This document shows positions 16,734-27,397 of a stretch of 64,000 nucleotides of DNA, one piece after another. The notes under the pieces were generated by a model that did not search any database, was not told where the DNA came from, and saw only the letters and a list, made by a program, of their open reading frames with translations. The stretch is from Bacteroidota bacterium. GTDB lineage: Bacteria; Bacteroidota; Bacteroidia; UKL13-3. Each line of letters starts with the position of its first letter. Position 1 is the stretch's first letter. The position numbers and the translations under genes are program-made. Where the stretch lies: contig JAIXWW010000021.1 in NCBI GenBank assembly GCA_027491085.1, positions 66,732 through 130,731 on the forward strand, given 5' to 3'.

Positions 16734-18116
16734 TTATTTGCTCATTTCTGCAAAATATTTAAAGAAATAAGGGATAGTTTCAATACCTTTATAGTAATTT
16801 TCTAATCCATAATGTTCGTTTGGCGAGTGCAATGCATCGCTATCTAATCCAAAGCCCATTAATACTGACTTTAAGCCTAATTCACGTTCAAATAATGCTA
16901 CAATAGGAATACTTCCGCCACCACGTGTAGGAATTGGTTTTTTACCAAAAGTAGTTTCCATGGCTTTAGCAGCAGCTAAATAAGCTACCGAATCTGTTGG
17001 AGTAACCACAGGCTCTCCACCATGATGAGGCTTTACCACCACTTTAACTCCTGCAGGAGCAATGCTTTCAAAATGGTTCTTGAATAATTCGGTAATTTTA
17101 TGGCTAGCTTGGTTAGGCACCAAACGCATGCTTATTTTAGCAAATGCTTTGGAAGGTAAAACAGTTTTTGCACCTTCGCCAATATAACCACCCCAAATTC
17201 CGTTACAATCTAAAGTTGGGCGAATTCCAGTTTTTTCCAAAACGGTAAAACCTTTTTCTCCCCAAACATCATCTATATTTAGGTCTTTTTTAAAATCTTC
17301 AATATTAAATGGAGCAAGATTTAACTCAGTACGTTCTTGGTTGGTTAATTCTAAAACTTCATCATAAAAACCTGGAATGGTAATGTGGTTATTTTCATCG
17401 TGAAGGCTAGCAATCATTTTAGCTAAAATATTGATTGGGTTAGCTACTGCACCACCATAAACGCCACTGTGTAAATCTCTGTTAGATCCAGTAACTTCTA
17501 CTTCTACATAACTTAAGCCGCGCAATCCAGTATCAATACTTGGTGTATCTAAAGCAATCATGGAAGTATCAGAAATTAATACTACATCAGCTTTCAGTTT
17601 TTCTTTATTATTAATACAGAAAGGGCCTAAGTTAGTGCTTCCAACTTCTTCTTCACCTTCAATCATAAATTTTACATTACAAGGCAAAGTGTTTGACTTC
17701 ATCATTAATTCAAATGCTTTTACATGCATGTACATTTGGCCTTTATCATCGCAACTACCACGAGCAAATATGGCACCCTTGGGGTGAACTTCTGTAGTTC
17801 TAATAGTTGGCTCAAATGGAGGTGTATCCCATAGCTCTAAAGGAACAGCAGGTTGAACATCATAATGTCCGTATACCAAAACGGTTGGTAATTTTGGGTC
17901 AATAATTTTTTCGCCATAAACAATGGGGTAACCAGCAGTAGCACAAACTTCAACCTTTTCCGCACCAGCCTCCATTAGTTTTTCTTTAACAAAATTGGCT
18001 GTTTTGTTTACTTGTTCTGCATAATCTTTATCTGCGCTAATGCTAGGAATGCGCAATAAATCAAAAAGTTCGTTTAAAAAACGATCTTTATTTTGTTCAA
18101 TATATTCTTTAATCAT
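16734..18116 (-). CDS. M20 family dipeptidase / metallohydrolase
   Basis: 460 aa. Motifs are LVYGHYDVQP, ARGSCDDKG, IEGEEEVGS and a C-terminal HSPNEH. Confidence 0.85.
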   Translation of the reverse strand: MIKEYIEQNKDRFLNELFDLLRIPSISADKDYAEQVNKTANFVKEKLMEAGAEKVEVCATAGYPIVYGEKIIDPKLPTVLVYGHYDVQPAVPLELWDTPPFEPTIRTTEVHPKGAIFARGSCDDKGQMYMHVKAFELMMKSNTLPCNVKFMIEGEEEVGSTNLGPFCINNKEKLKADVVLISDTSMIALDTPSIDTGLRGLSYVEVEVTGSNRDLHSGVYGGAVANPINILAKMIASLHDENNHITIPGFYDEVLELTNQERTELNLAPFNIEDFKKDLNIDDVWGEKGFTVLEKTGIRPTLDCNGIWGGYIGEGAKTVLPSKAFAKISMRLVPNQASHKITELFKNHFESIAPAGVKVVVKPHHGGEPVVTPTDSVAYLAAAKAMETTFGKKPIPTRGGGSIPIVALFERELGLKSVLMGFGLDSDALHSPNEHYGLENYYKGIETIPYFFKYFAEMSK

Positions 18117-18128
18117 TTTATTTTTTTA

Positions 18129-18665
18129 CTAAAATTTGTTCTTCCACATCATACTTTCAACAGGCTTAACAGTACGCTTATTGTATTTGGCGTTTTTCTT
18201 GGTATTGTACATAATATCTATTTCTCCGGCTACTTCAAAATAAATTAATTGGCCAATAGGCATTCCTGCATAAATTCTCACTGGTTGGGTGCATGAAATT
18301 TCTAAAGTCCAAGTATTACAAAAACCAACATCTCCTTTACCTGCGGTAGCATGAATATCAATACCTAATCTTCCAGTTGAACTTTTACCCTCTAAAAATG
18401 GAACTTGTTTGTGAGTTTCGGTATATTCAGCAGTTACACCTAAATACAAAGTATTGGGTTGTAATACAAAACCTTCTACCGGAATTTCAAAAACATCAAT
18501 TTTATTATGCTCTTTTGCGTCTAAAACTCTATCCTTATATGTTCCTAAATATCTACCCAAATGCACATCGTAGCTATTGGTTCCCAAACATTCTTTTTTA
18601 AAAGGTTCAATTAAAATGTTGCCATTTTCTATCTCTTCAAGAATGCGTTTGTCTGAAAGTATCAT
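18129..18665 (-). CDS. dcd: dCTP deaminase
   Basis: 178 aa. It begins MILSDKRILEEIENGNILIEPF and contains GKSSTGRLGI and EISC. Confidence 0.9.
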   Translation of the reverse strand: MILSDKRILEEIENGNILIEPFKKECLGTNSYDVHLGRYLGTYKDRVLDAKEHNKIDVFEIPVEGFVLQPNTLYLGVTAEYTETHKQVPFLEGKSSTGRLGIDIHATAGKGDVGFCNTWTLEISCTQPVRIYAGMPIGQLIYFEVAGEIDIMYNTKKNAKYNKRTVKPVESMMWKNKF

Positions 18666-18821
18666 TATTTTTAATTAAAATTATTTTTGCTTTGCAATAA
18701 AAATAAAATCTTGCTTACTTTCCCAACTATAAATCAACAAAAATAACACCTGCAAAATAAAATTAGAGTAATAATTTATTGAGTAAAACTAAAAAACATT
18801 ATCGGTTAGAGGCAAAAACAT

Positions 18822-19316
18822 ATGAGGCAAATAGGTATTTTTTCAGATACACACAGTTATTTTAATCCCAAATTATTAAATTTTTTCGATAAATGCGATG
18901 AGCTTTGGCATGCTGGAGATTGGGGCGATTTAAAAACTTTTGATGAGGTTGAGAAATTTAAACCCTTAAAAACTGTTTGGGGAAATATTGACGACAAGGA
19001 TTTAAGGTTAAGAATGCCAGAAATTTTAACATTTAATGAGCAAGATTTGAAAATTTGTATGCTCCATATTGGTGGTTATCCAAATAATTATTCACCAAAG
19101 TTTAAACAAATTGTCAAAAATCAATCATTTGATTTGATGATTTGTGGGCATTCCCACATCCTAAAAGTTATGCGCGATCCAATACTCAACATGATGCATA
19201 TTAACCCTGGAGCGGCTGGTAATCATGGTTTTCATAAAGTTTGCACCGCAATAAGATTTAAAATTGAAGGTAAAAAAATGTTTGATTTAGAAGTTTGGGA
19301 GCAGAAAAGAAATTAA
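18822..19316 (+). CDS. YfcE/MJ0936-type metallophosphoesterase
   Basis: 164 aa. Motifs are IGIFSDTHS, HAGDW, GNID and ICGHSH. Confidence 0.8.
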   Translation: MRQIGIFSDTHSYFNPKLLNFFDKCDELWHAGDWGDLKTFDEVEKFKPLKTVWGNIDDKDLRLRMPEILTFNEQDLKICMLHIGGYPNNYSPKFKQIVKNQSFDLMICGHSHILKVMRDPILNMMHINPGAAGNHGFHKVCTAIRFKIEGKKMFDLEVWEQKRN

Positions 19317-19400
19317 CTAATTTAAGCAACCCTTTTTGATTTAGTATTGACATACTTATTAATTTTATTATTTTGCTAACCAAATTACACGTTTTAAAAA

Positions 19401-21668
19401 ATGAAAAAACTGTTATACACGATTTCTATGCTTGCACTAAGTTTGCATAGCTTTGCTCAACAAGGAACTCATGTTTGTGGTACTGACGAGCATTACCAAC
19501 AATTAAAATCAACCAATCCTGATTTAAAGGTTAAAGAGTTGAACTACAACCAAAATTGGAAAAACTTTATCCAAAATTATAATCCCAACGATTATAGAAC
19601 TACCAAGAATATGGGTAAGGCCTCAACACCTAAATACATTATTCCCGTAGTAATTCACATTATTCATAGCGGTGTTAATAGTGTTGAAAATATTTCTGAT
19701 GCGCAAGCAAAAAGCGAGATTGATTTTTTGAATAAAAGTTTCAGAAACTTGAATAGCGATACTGCAAAAAGACGTGAATTGTTTAAGGACATAGCTGCAG
19801 ATATGGAAGTTGAATTCAGATTAGCTCGCAAGGACCCTAAAGGTAATTGTACTAATGGTATTGTAAGACATTATTCTACAAATTCTGATAAAGGCGATGA
19901 TGTATTAAAGCGTGAAAGTGTTTGGGATTCTAAAAGATACCTAAATATGTGGGTTGTAAAGTCCATTAATAAAGGTGGTGGTATTGGAGTTGCAGGTTAT
20001 GCTCAATTCCCATTTGCTGCAGGCGTACTTTCTGCCGGTACCGATGGTGTTATGATTATTTATAATGAATTTGGTAATATTGAAAAATCAACTGCTGGTC
20101 AAACACCTAATGTAACCACTGTAACTCACGAGGTTGGACATTGGTTAGGCTTATACCATCCATTTCAAGATTCAGATACTTGTGATGCAGAAGGTGATGG
20201 CGTTTATGACACCCCTAGAACTTTCTTTAGACCAACTTCTTCATATCCTTTGAGAAATGAATGTGGGAATCCAACTTATAATACATGCGGAGGTAAAGAT
20301 TATCGTTATATTCCCGATGGAGGAAGTGCATTTATAAGTAATGTTGATTTAACAAAATTTGGTGAAGCTTTAGAATTACCAGATATGCAAGAGAATTTCA
20401 TGGATTATTTCATTGGAAATTGTGCTAGTAATATGTTCACCTTACAACAAAAAGCACGTGCTCATTTTTGCTTAAATACTTATCGTCCAGATTTATGGAG
20501 TAATGAAAATTTAATAAAAACAGGTGTTTTAGATCCAGTTACAGTTTGCGATGCAATTCCTAATTTCTATTCAACCAATAAAAACATTTGCTCAGGCAAT
20601 TCAGTTACATTTAATCAAAATGTATATAATGGTACTGCTACTGCTTATAATTGGACTTTTGTAGGTGGAACTCCTGCTACCTCAACAGCTTCAGCACCTG
20701 TTGTTACTTATAGTACTCCAGGCTCTTACGATGTAAAACTTTCAATTACAACCAATGGAACTACAAAAGAAACTACACTAACTAATTACGTAACAGTAGT
20801 TGATAATGCAGCTCCTCAAGCTCAAATTAATTTTGCAAATTGGCAATATACTACCGATTGGTATGAAAAAGGTTGGAGATTTGAATCAGAAAACGGTAAA
20901 GCAACTTGGAAACGAGTTTCTGGTATTTCATACAATGAAATCGCTTCCATGAAATTGGAAGATGATCCATTTAATTCATTACCTTCACACGGCTTTGAAC
21001 AAAGTTTTATATCGCCATCTTTTAATTTAGCGAATGCTACTAATCCAACTTTCAGGTTTGCTTTTGCTACCGCTTTAGTTTCAGGTCCTGGTAGTGCAAC
21101 CTCTAATGATGAATTAAGGGTTTATCAATCTACGAATTGTGGAACTAGTTGGACTCAAATGAGTGGAACTGGCTCTGTTTTCTCAGGTACTGCCATTTCT
21201 ACTACAGGAGCTACTCGTTTAGATTGGGGAACAGGATTTGTGCCAAGCGATAAGAGTAAATGGAAAGAAGTTAGCCTTGATGCACCTAAAGCAGCCAATG
21301 TAAGGTTTAAAATTACTTTAACCCGTAGAGGTGGAGCTAATTTTTATTTAGATGCAGTTAGGGTTAGTTCAAGTGGTGCTTTAAGTTTAGGTAATGAATT
21401 AGAAAGTGCAATTAAGTTTAATGTAGCACCAAATCCTTTTAATAGTTCAACTGAATTATCTTATGAATTAGCAAATTCGTCAGAAGTGACTATTTCTGTA
21501 ATTGATATTTTAGGCAGAAATCTAGGAATAATTTCTAATGGTAAAATGAATTCTGGTAACCATTCTGTTAAATTAGATAGAAATGTTTTAGGCCTAAATA
21601 ATGGAATTTATTTTGTAAAAGTTGAAATGAATAACCAAAATTTCATCAAAAAGGTGATGGTTAATTAA
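19401..21668 (+). CDS. Secreted M43 (pappalysin-like) zinc metalloprotease with a PKD domain and T9SS C-terminal sorting domain
   Basis: 755 aa with a signal peptide. It carries the zinc motif HEVGHWLGLYHPF and a PKD-like segment VTFNQ..YNWTFVGGTP..GSYDVKLSITT. The C-terminus is APNPFNSSTELSYEL...GIYFVKVEMNNQNFIKKVMVN. Confidence 0.8.
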   Translation: MKKLLYTISMLALSLHSFAQQGTHVCGTDEHYQQLKSTNPDLKVKELNYNQNWKNFIQNYNPNDYRTTKNMGKASTPKYIIPVVIHIIHSGVNSVENISDAQAKSEIDFLNKSFRNLNSDTAKRRELFKDIAADMEVEFRLARKDPKGNCTNGIVRHYSTNSDKGDDVLKRESVWDSKRYLNMWVVKSINKGGGIGVAGYAQFPFAAGVLSAGTDGVMIIYNEFGNIEKSTAGQTPNVTTVTHEVGHWLGLYHPFQDSDTCDAEGDGVYDTPRTFFRPTSSYPLRNECGNPTYNTCGGKDYRYIPDGGSAFISNVDLTKFGEALELPDMQENFMDYFIGNCASNMFTLQQKARAHFCLNTYRPDLWSNENLIKTGVLDPVTVCDAIPNFYSTNKNICSGNSVTFNQNVYNGTATAYNWTFVGGTPATSTASAPVVTYSTPGSYDVKLSITTNGTTKETTLTNYVTVVDNAAPQAQINFANWQYTTDWYEKGWRFESENGKATWKRVSGISYNEIASMKLEDDPFNSLPSHGFEQSFISPSFNLANATNPTFRFAFATALVSGPGSATSNDELRVYQSTNCGTSWTQMSGTGSVFSGTAISTTGATRLDWGTGFVPSDKSKWKEVSLDAPKAANVRFKITLTRRGGANFYLDAVRVSSSGALSLGNELESAIKFNVAPNPFNSSTELSYELANSSEVTISVIDILGRNLGIISNGKMNSGNHSVKLDRNVLGLNNGIYFVKVEMNNQNFIKKVMVN

Positions 21669-21780
21669 AATAAAAAACTTAAAAATTGACATTGTTTTAG
21701 TTTTTCTAAAATACTTGTAAAAATAAAAAACCCTGACTATTAACGGTTGGGGTTTTTATTTTAAAAAAAATAAAAAAAAA

Positions 21781-21812
21781 TTTGGGAGATATTCTGAATT
21801 GGCCTACTTTCG
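21781..21812 (+). promoter_or_regulatory. Putative Bacteroidetes sigma-A promoter for tRNA-Ser
   Basis: TTTG at 21781-84, then 20 nt, then TACTTTCG at 21805-12, which nearly matches the -7 box TAnnTTTG. It ends 5 nt before the tRNA 5' end. Confidence 0.5.
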
Positions 21813-21817
21813 CAGAT

Positions 21818-21905
21818 GGAGAGTTGGCAGAGTGGTCGATTGCGGCAGTCTTGAAAACTGTTGTCTGTAACAGGACCTGGGGTTCGAATCCCTAACTCTC
21901 CGCCA
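21818..21905 (+). tRNA. tRNA-Ser (anticodon UGA), class II with long variable arm, encoded CCA
   Basis: The acceptor stem ggagagt pairs with actctcc. The D-loop is agtggtcga and the anticodon loop is cttgaaa. The variable arm is ttgtctgtaacaggacc, the T-arm is ggggttcgaatccct, and the 3' end is gcca. Confidence 0.9.
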
Positions 21906-21930
21906 CTGCGCAAAACGCAATACAAAAATT

Positions 21931-21957
21931 AAAAGCCCCACATTTGGGGCTTTTTTT
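21931..21957 (+). terminator. Rho-independent terminator after tRNA-Ser
   Basis: aaaagcccca-catt-tggggcttttttt. Confidence 0.85.
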
Positions 21958-22087
21958 ATGTTTTAGAGTTAAGGAATTACCTGTTAGCTAAAATTTCCCA
22001 AAGGTTTTTATTAAGTTAAAGCCTTTCTCAGACCCAATTTATTTTACTAAAATAAATACCCTATATTGCATCAATTAAAAAAATTAA

Positions 22088-24310
22088 ATGGCTCAATCAA
22101 CCAAAATTAAACGCATGGTAGAGCAAGTATTTGCTAAAAACCAACGTAGACTTTTAAATTATAAACAAATAGCTGCTAAACTTGATTTAGTGAGTTCAGA
22201 AGAAAAAAATGCAGTCATTCTTGCCATAAAACAATTAGTAAAAACAGGGGTGTTAGAGGAAATACAGCCGGGTAAATTTGGTGCTGTGTTTATAGCTAAT
22301 TTTGTAGAAGGAATAGTAGATGTAACACAACGCGGTGCTGCCTATGTAAAGCCAACCGATATGGAACGTGGCGATGATAGCAAAGATATTTTTGTTCAAA
22401 AGGAAAATTTAAACACTGCTTTGCATGGCGATTTGGTTAAAGTGCAATTGCTTTCAGCTAAAAACAACGATAGACCAACCGGTGAGATTGTTGAAATTAT
22501 AAATAGAGCTAGAACACAATTTGTTGGCACTATTCAGGTAAGCAGCAATTACGGTTTTTTAGTGGCCGATGATAAGCGCATGTATGCCGATATTTTTATT
22601 CAAAAAAATGATTTAGGCAAAGCTAAAGATGGCGATAAAGTAATTGTTGAACTCACCCATTGGATGCCTCACGATGACAGCCCAAGTGGTAAAGTAATTG
22701 AAATATTAGGAAGGCCGGGCGATCATAATACAGAAATGAATGCCATTGTAGCTGAGTTTGGTTTTTTAAGTAAATTTCCTGAAGTAGTAGAAAAAGAAGC
22801 TGCAAAGTTTAGCGATAAAATAAGTGCTGACGAAATAAAAAAACGCAAGGATTTTCGAAAAACATTAACTTTTACCATTGATCCATTGGATGCCAAAGAT
22901 TTTGATGATGCTATTTCATATAAAGAACTTGGTAATGGCATTTACGAAATTGGTGTTCATATTGCTGATGTATCACATTACGTAACGCCAAAATCGGCAT
23001 TAGATAACGAAGCGTTAACACGCGGAACATCTGTTTATTTGGTTGATAGAACCATTCCGATGTTGCCCGAAAAATTATCTAATGGTCTGTGTTCATTGCG
23101 TCCGCATGAAGAAAAACTCACTTTTTCGGCAGTATTTAAAATAAATGATAAGGCTGAAATATTAGACGAATGGTTTGGAAAAACTGTAATTTACAGCGAT
23201 AGGCGTTTTACTTACGAAGAAGCCCAAGAACGCATTGAAACGGGTGAAGGCGATTATGCCAATGAAATAATTAAGCTAAACAATTTAGCTAAAATTATGC
23301 GCGATGAAAGGTTTAGCAAAGGAGCCATCAGTTTTGAAACCGAAGAGGTAAAGTTTAAGTTAGACGAAAACTTTAAGCCAATTGATATTTATGTAAAGGT
23401 GAGAAAAGATGCGCATAAGTTGGTAGAAGAATTTATGCTTTTAGCCAATAAAAAAGTGGCTGAATATGTATCGAAAATGGGTAAAGGCACCAATAAATTT
23501 ACTTATGTTTATCGTGTACACGAAAGTCCAAATGAAGATAAGCTGAAGCTATTTAGCACCTTTGCTGCTAGGTTTGGTTATAAAGTATTGCTCGATAATC
23601 CTAACAAAGTTTCTAAATCGTTGAATAATTTATTGGTAGAAGTAGAAGGTAAGCCTGAGCAAAACCTACTTCAAAGTCAAGCCATAAGAACCATGAGTAA
23701 AGCAATATACAGCACCAAAAAATCGGGGCATTATGGTTTGGCATTTGAATATTATTCGCATTTCACTTCACCTATTCGTAGGTATCCTGATTTAATGGCG
23801 CACCGTTTATTGTTCGATTATTTAAATGGTGGCAAAAGTGCCAATCAAGAAGAATATGAAATGATGTGTAAGCAATCATCGAGCATGGAACAAAAAGCTG
23901 CCGATGCTGAGCGTGCAAGTATTAAGTACAAACAGGTTGAATACATTAAAGATTTTGTTGGTCAAACTTTTGATGGCATTATTAGTGGAGTAACAGATTG
24001 GGGGATGTATGTAGAAATTACCCAATATAAATGCGAAGGCTTGATTAAATTGGCCAATATCCACGATGATTACTACGAATTTGACGAAAGAAATTTATGT
24101 ATCGTTGGTCGTTCTACTCGAAAAAAATATCAATTGGGCGACATTATAAGAGTAACAGTGGCGGGGGCTGATATGGTTAAACGTCAAATTGATTTAGAAA
24201 TGGAAAGTACCGCCATGTTCAAGTCAATTAGGAAAAACCAGGACAGGTTCAGAAAAGAGAAAGAAAAAGGAAATAAAAAGAACAGTGGTTCTCGCAAAAG
24301 AAGACGATAA
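22088..24310 (+). CDS. rnr: Ribonuclease R
   Basis: 740 aa. It has cold-shock/OB N-terminal domains and an RNB domain (TIDPLDAKDFDDAI, VHIADVSHYV). An S1 domain and a lysine/arginine-rich tail follow. Confidence 0.9.
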   Translation: MAQSTKIKRMVEQVFAKNQRRLLNYKQIAAKLDLVSSEEKNAVILAIKQLVKTGVLEEIQPGKFGAVFIANFVEGIVDVTQRGAAYVKPTDMERGDDSKDIFVQKENLNTALHGDLVKVQLLSAKNNDRPTGEIVEIINRARTQFVGTIQVSSNYGFLVADDKRMYADIFIQKNDLGKAKDGDKVIVELTHWMPHDDSPSGKVIEILGRPGDHNTEMNAIVAEFGFLSKFPEVVEKEAAKFSDKISADEIKKRKDFRKTLTFTIDPLDAKDFDDAISYKELGNGIYEIGVHIADVSHYVTPKSALDNEALTRGTSVYLVDRTIPMLPEKLSNGLCSLRPHEEKLTFSAVFKINDKAEILDEWFGKTVIYSDRRFTYEEAQERIETGEGDYANEIIKLNNLAKIMRDERFSKGAISFETEEVKFKLDENFKPIDIYVKVRKDAHKLVEEFMLLANKKVAEYVSKMGKGTNKFTYVYRVHESPNEDKLKLFSTFAARFGYKVLLDNPNKVSKSLNNLLVEVEGKPEQNLLQSQAIRTMSKAIYSTKKSGHYGLAFEYYSHFTSPIRRYPDLMAHRLLFDYLNGGKSANQEEYEMMCKQSSSMEQKAADAERASIKYKQVEYIKDFVGQTFDGIISGVTDWGMYVEITQYKCEGLIKLANIHDDYYEFDERNLCIVGRSTRKKYQLGDIIRVTVAGADMVKRQIDLEMESTAMFKSIRKNQDRFRKEKEKGNKKNSGSRKRRR

Positions 24311-24320
24311 TTTTTTGAAT

Positions 24321-24515
24321 ATGAAAATCAGTAATAATTTGAAAATAATAATTGGAATTTTAGCAATTATGCTAAATGGTGTTATTATGACTGGCTGTAA
24401 AAGCAAAAAAAAATGTCCAGATTTTACTCAAGTTGATGGAAGAGTAAAATTGGACAAAAATGGTCTTGTTAAGAAAAAGAAGATTAAGGCTCCTCGTTCA
24501 ATACAAAATTTCTAG
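24321..24515 (+). CDS. Small lipoprotein (hypothetical)
   Basis: The internal start MKISNNLKIIIGILAIMLNGVIMTGC has a lipobox. The upstream part of the tracked ORF overlaps the rnr tail. Confidence 0.4.
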   Translation: MKISNNLKIIIGILAIMLNGVIMTGCKSKKKCPDFTQVDGRVKLDKNGLVKKKKIKAPRSIQNF

Positions 24516-24694
24516 TTATAACTCAGTTGGGAGTTATTTTGAGAAGTTATTTCTTTTGATTTTAGTTTTCTTAAAATAGCAGGAAAGAAAATATAAGCTA
24601 ACATTCCTATTTCAATAATCATTGCGATAGCTATTAACGCAACATAAAAGGTAAATACCATAAAGGCTGTGATTGATACAATTGTAGTTTTCAT
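24512..24694 (-). CDS. Small two-TM membrane protein (hypothetical)
   Basis: 60 aa with two hydrophobic helices. No recognisable motif was seen. Confidence 0.3.
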   Translation of the reverse strand: MKTTIVSITAFMVFTFYVALIAIAMIIEIGMLAYIFFPAILRKLKSKEITSQNNSQLSYN

Positions 24695-24967
24695 GATTTT
24701 TTAGTTTAAAATTTTGTTCAGTAAATTTTAAAAGTGTATTGCCAATTGCATGCCCTTAAATTACATAATTGATAATCAGTGTGTTAATATTTTTTGTGCT
24801 TAAGTTCTTGTGTCAAATTGAAACATAAAATTGGCCTAATTAGCTATTTTGGGAAGAAAATATTTAAACAAATGTTAATAAGGTTTTGAGTGTATGCTTG
24901 TATTTTAAAATAAAAAATCAATTTTGCACCCGATTTGTTATATATTATATAATATCATTAAATAAAA

Positions 24968-27358
24968 ATGAGTAAAAACTTAGTAATTGTAGAATCACCA
25001 GCTAAAGCCAAAACCATAGAAAAGTTTTTAGGTGAAAATTATACTGTAAAAAGCTGTTATGGCCATATAAGAGATTTAGCAAAGGGGGATGATGCTATAG
25101 ATATTAAAAATAATTTTTTGCCTCATTACGAAGTAAGTGATGATAAAAAAGCTGTTGTAGCTGAATTGAAAAAATTATCTAAAGCTGCCGAAACAGTATG
25201 GTTAGCATCCGATGAGGACCGCGAGGGAGAAGCTATTAGTTGGCATTTAAGCGAAGTATTAGGTTTAGATATAAACAAGACCAAACGTATTGTATTTCAT
25301 GAAATTACTAAACCAGCCATTTTAAAGGCTGTTCAAAATCCACGATTAATTGATAAAAATTTAGTAGATGCTCAACAAGCCCGTAGGGTTTTAGATAGAT
25401 TGGTAGGCTTTGAGTTGAGTCCAGTACTTTGGAAAAAAGTGCGTCCAAGTTTATCAGCAGGAAGGGTTCAGTCGGTAGCTGTTAAATTAATTGTAGAAAG
25501 AGAAAGAGAAATCAATAACTTTAATTCTAATTCTGCTTTTAAAATTACTGCTAAATTTAATGTTGGTGGCAAACAAATGGATGCTGAACTGCCAAAACGA
25601 TTTGATACAGAAGCTGAAGCAATGGCATTTCTAGAAAAATGTAAAAATGCCATTTTTAGTATTAAAAATTTAGAAGTTAAACCAGCAGAAAAAAGTCCTG
25701 CTGCTCCTTTTACCACTTCCACTTTGCAACAAGAAGCAAGTAGAAAACTAGGTTATGGAGTTACCATGACCATGAGTGTAGCACAAAAGCTATATGAACA
25801 TGGTTTCATTACATACATGCGTACCGATTCGGTAAATTTAAGTGAAACAGCTATTCAAAATGCCAAAGAAAGTATTTTAAATAGTTATGGTGCAAAATAC
25901 TCAAATCCAAGAAATTACACTACAAAAAGCGATAGTGCACAAGAGGCTCACGAAGCCATTCGCCCTACCTATTTTGAGAAAACAGAAATTGATGGTACTG
26001 CACAAGAAAAACGTTTGTATGATTTAATTTGGAAACGAGCAATTGCTTCGCAAATGAGTAAAGCACAAATTGAAAGAACCATTGCAACTGTTTCTATATC
26101 AACCATGAACGAAACCTTTACTGCAACAGGCGAAGTGTTAAAGTTTGATGGATTTTTAAAAGTATATTTAGAAAGTACTGACGATGAGAGCGATGATGAA
26201 AACAGCAAAATGCTTCCTCCATTAAAAGTAGGTGAGGAGTTACGCTTAATCAATATAGATGCAACGGAACGTTTTTCACGCCCAGCACCGCGTTATACCG
26301 AGGCAAGTTTGGTTAAAAAATTAGAAGAATTAGGAATTGGAAGACCAAGTACTTATGCCCCAACAATTGGAACTGTTCAAAAACGTGGTTATGTAGTAAA
26401 AGAAGACAGAGAAGGTAAAGAAAGAAACTTTACTGTATTGTTTTTAGAAAATAATAATATTACCAGAAGTGTAAAATCGGAAAAATATGGTAGTGAAAAA
26501 TCAAAACTATTTCCTAGTGATATTGGAATGGTAGTAACTGATTTTTTAGCGAAACATTTTGAAAATATTATGGATTATGGTTTCACAGCCAGTGTAGAGG
26601 AGGAGTTTGATAAAATAGCACGCGGACAATTGGTGTGGAATAATATGATTCAGAAGTTTTATACTCCTTTTCATCAAGAAGTTACCGAAACAAGTGCAAA
26701 TGCAGAAAGACAAAATGCTGTCAGAGTAATAGGAGTGGATACTGAAAGTGGAAAGCCTGTAAGTGTTAAGGTCGGTAAATATGGTCCTTATGCTCAAATA
26801 GGTGAAAATAGTGATGACGAAAATGCTGAAAAGCCTCGTTATGCTAGTTTGCGAAGTGGACAATTGATAGAAACAATTACACTAGAAGAAGCTTTGGATT
26901 TATTTAAATTGCCTCGTGTAATTGGTCAGTTTGAAGATAAAGACATGAAAGCTGCAATTGGTAGGTTTGGACCATATATAGTTCACAACAGTGTTTTTAC
27001 AACCATTCCAAAAACTGATGATGTATTTTCAATAACTGCCGAAAGAGCAATTGAATTAATTGAAGAAAAGCGTGTAAAGGATGCAAATAAATTAATAAAA
27101 GTATTTGCACAAGACGAAAATTTAAAATTACTAAATGGACGTTGGGGGCCATACTTGGCTTATGGTAAAGATAACTATAAGTTACCCAAAGGCAGTGATG
27201 CAAATACTTTGACTTTTGAAGAATGCATTAAACTAGTTAAAATACCTGTAGTTAGCAGTAAAGCTGCGGCTAACAAAAAAGTGGTTAAAAAAGTAGCAGT
27301 AAAAAAAGTAGCAAAAAAAGCTGCCAAGAAGGTTGTGAAAAAAACTACAAAAAAATAA
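24968..27358 (+). CDS. topA: DNA topoisomerase I
   Basis: 796 aa. It has a TOPRIM N-terminus (LVIVESPAKAKTIEKFLG, DEDREGEAISWH), the active-site region YITYMRTDS, and a lysine-rich C-terminal tail. Confidence 0.95.
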   Translation: MSKNLVIVESPAKAKTIEKFLGENYTVKSCYGHIRDLAKGDDAIDIKNNFLPHYEVSDDKKAVVAELKKLSKAAETVWLASDEDREGEAISWHLSEVLGLDINKTKRIVFHEITKPAILKAVQNPRLIDKNLVDAQQARRVLDRLVGFELSPVLWKKVRPSLSAGRVQSVAVKLIVEREREINNFNSNSAFKITAKFNVGGKQMDAELPKRFDTEAEAMAFLEKCKNAIFSIKNLEVKPAEKSPAAPFTTSTLQQEASRKLGYGVTMTMSVAQKLYEHGFITYMRTDSVNLSETAIQNAKESILNSYGAKYSNPRNYTTKSDSAQEAHEAIRPTYFEKTEIDGTAQEKRLYDLIWKRAIASQMSKAQIERTIATVSISTMNETFTATGEVLKFDGFLKVYLESTDDESDDENSKMLPPLKVGEELRLINIDATERFSRPAPRYTEASLVKKLEELGIGRPSTYAPTIGTVQKRGYVVKEDREGKERNFTVLFLENNNITRSVKSEKYGSEKSKLFPSDIGMVVTDFLAKHFENIMDYGFTASVEEEFDKIARGQLVWNNMIQKFYTPFHQEVTETSANAERQNAVRVIGVDTESGKPVSVKVGKYGPYAQIGENSDDENAEKPRYASLRSGQLIETITLEEALDLFKLPRVIGQFEDKDMKAAIGRFGPYIVHNSVFTTIPKTDDVFSITAERAIELIEEKRVKDANKLIKVFAQDENLKLLNGRWGPYLAYGKDNYKLPKGSDANTLTFEECIKLVKIPVVSSKAAANKKVVKKVAVKKVAKKAAKKVVKKTTKK

Positions 27359-27364
27359 CTTTAT

Positions 27365-27397
27365 AAAAGTGAGGCTTAAACTACCTCACTTTTTTTA
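27365..27397 (+). terminator. Rho-independent terminator after topA
   Basis: aaaagtgagg-cttaaacta-cctcacttttttt. Confidence 0.75.
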
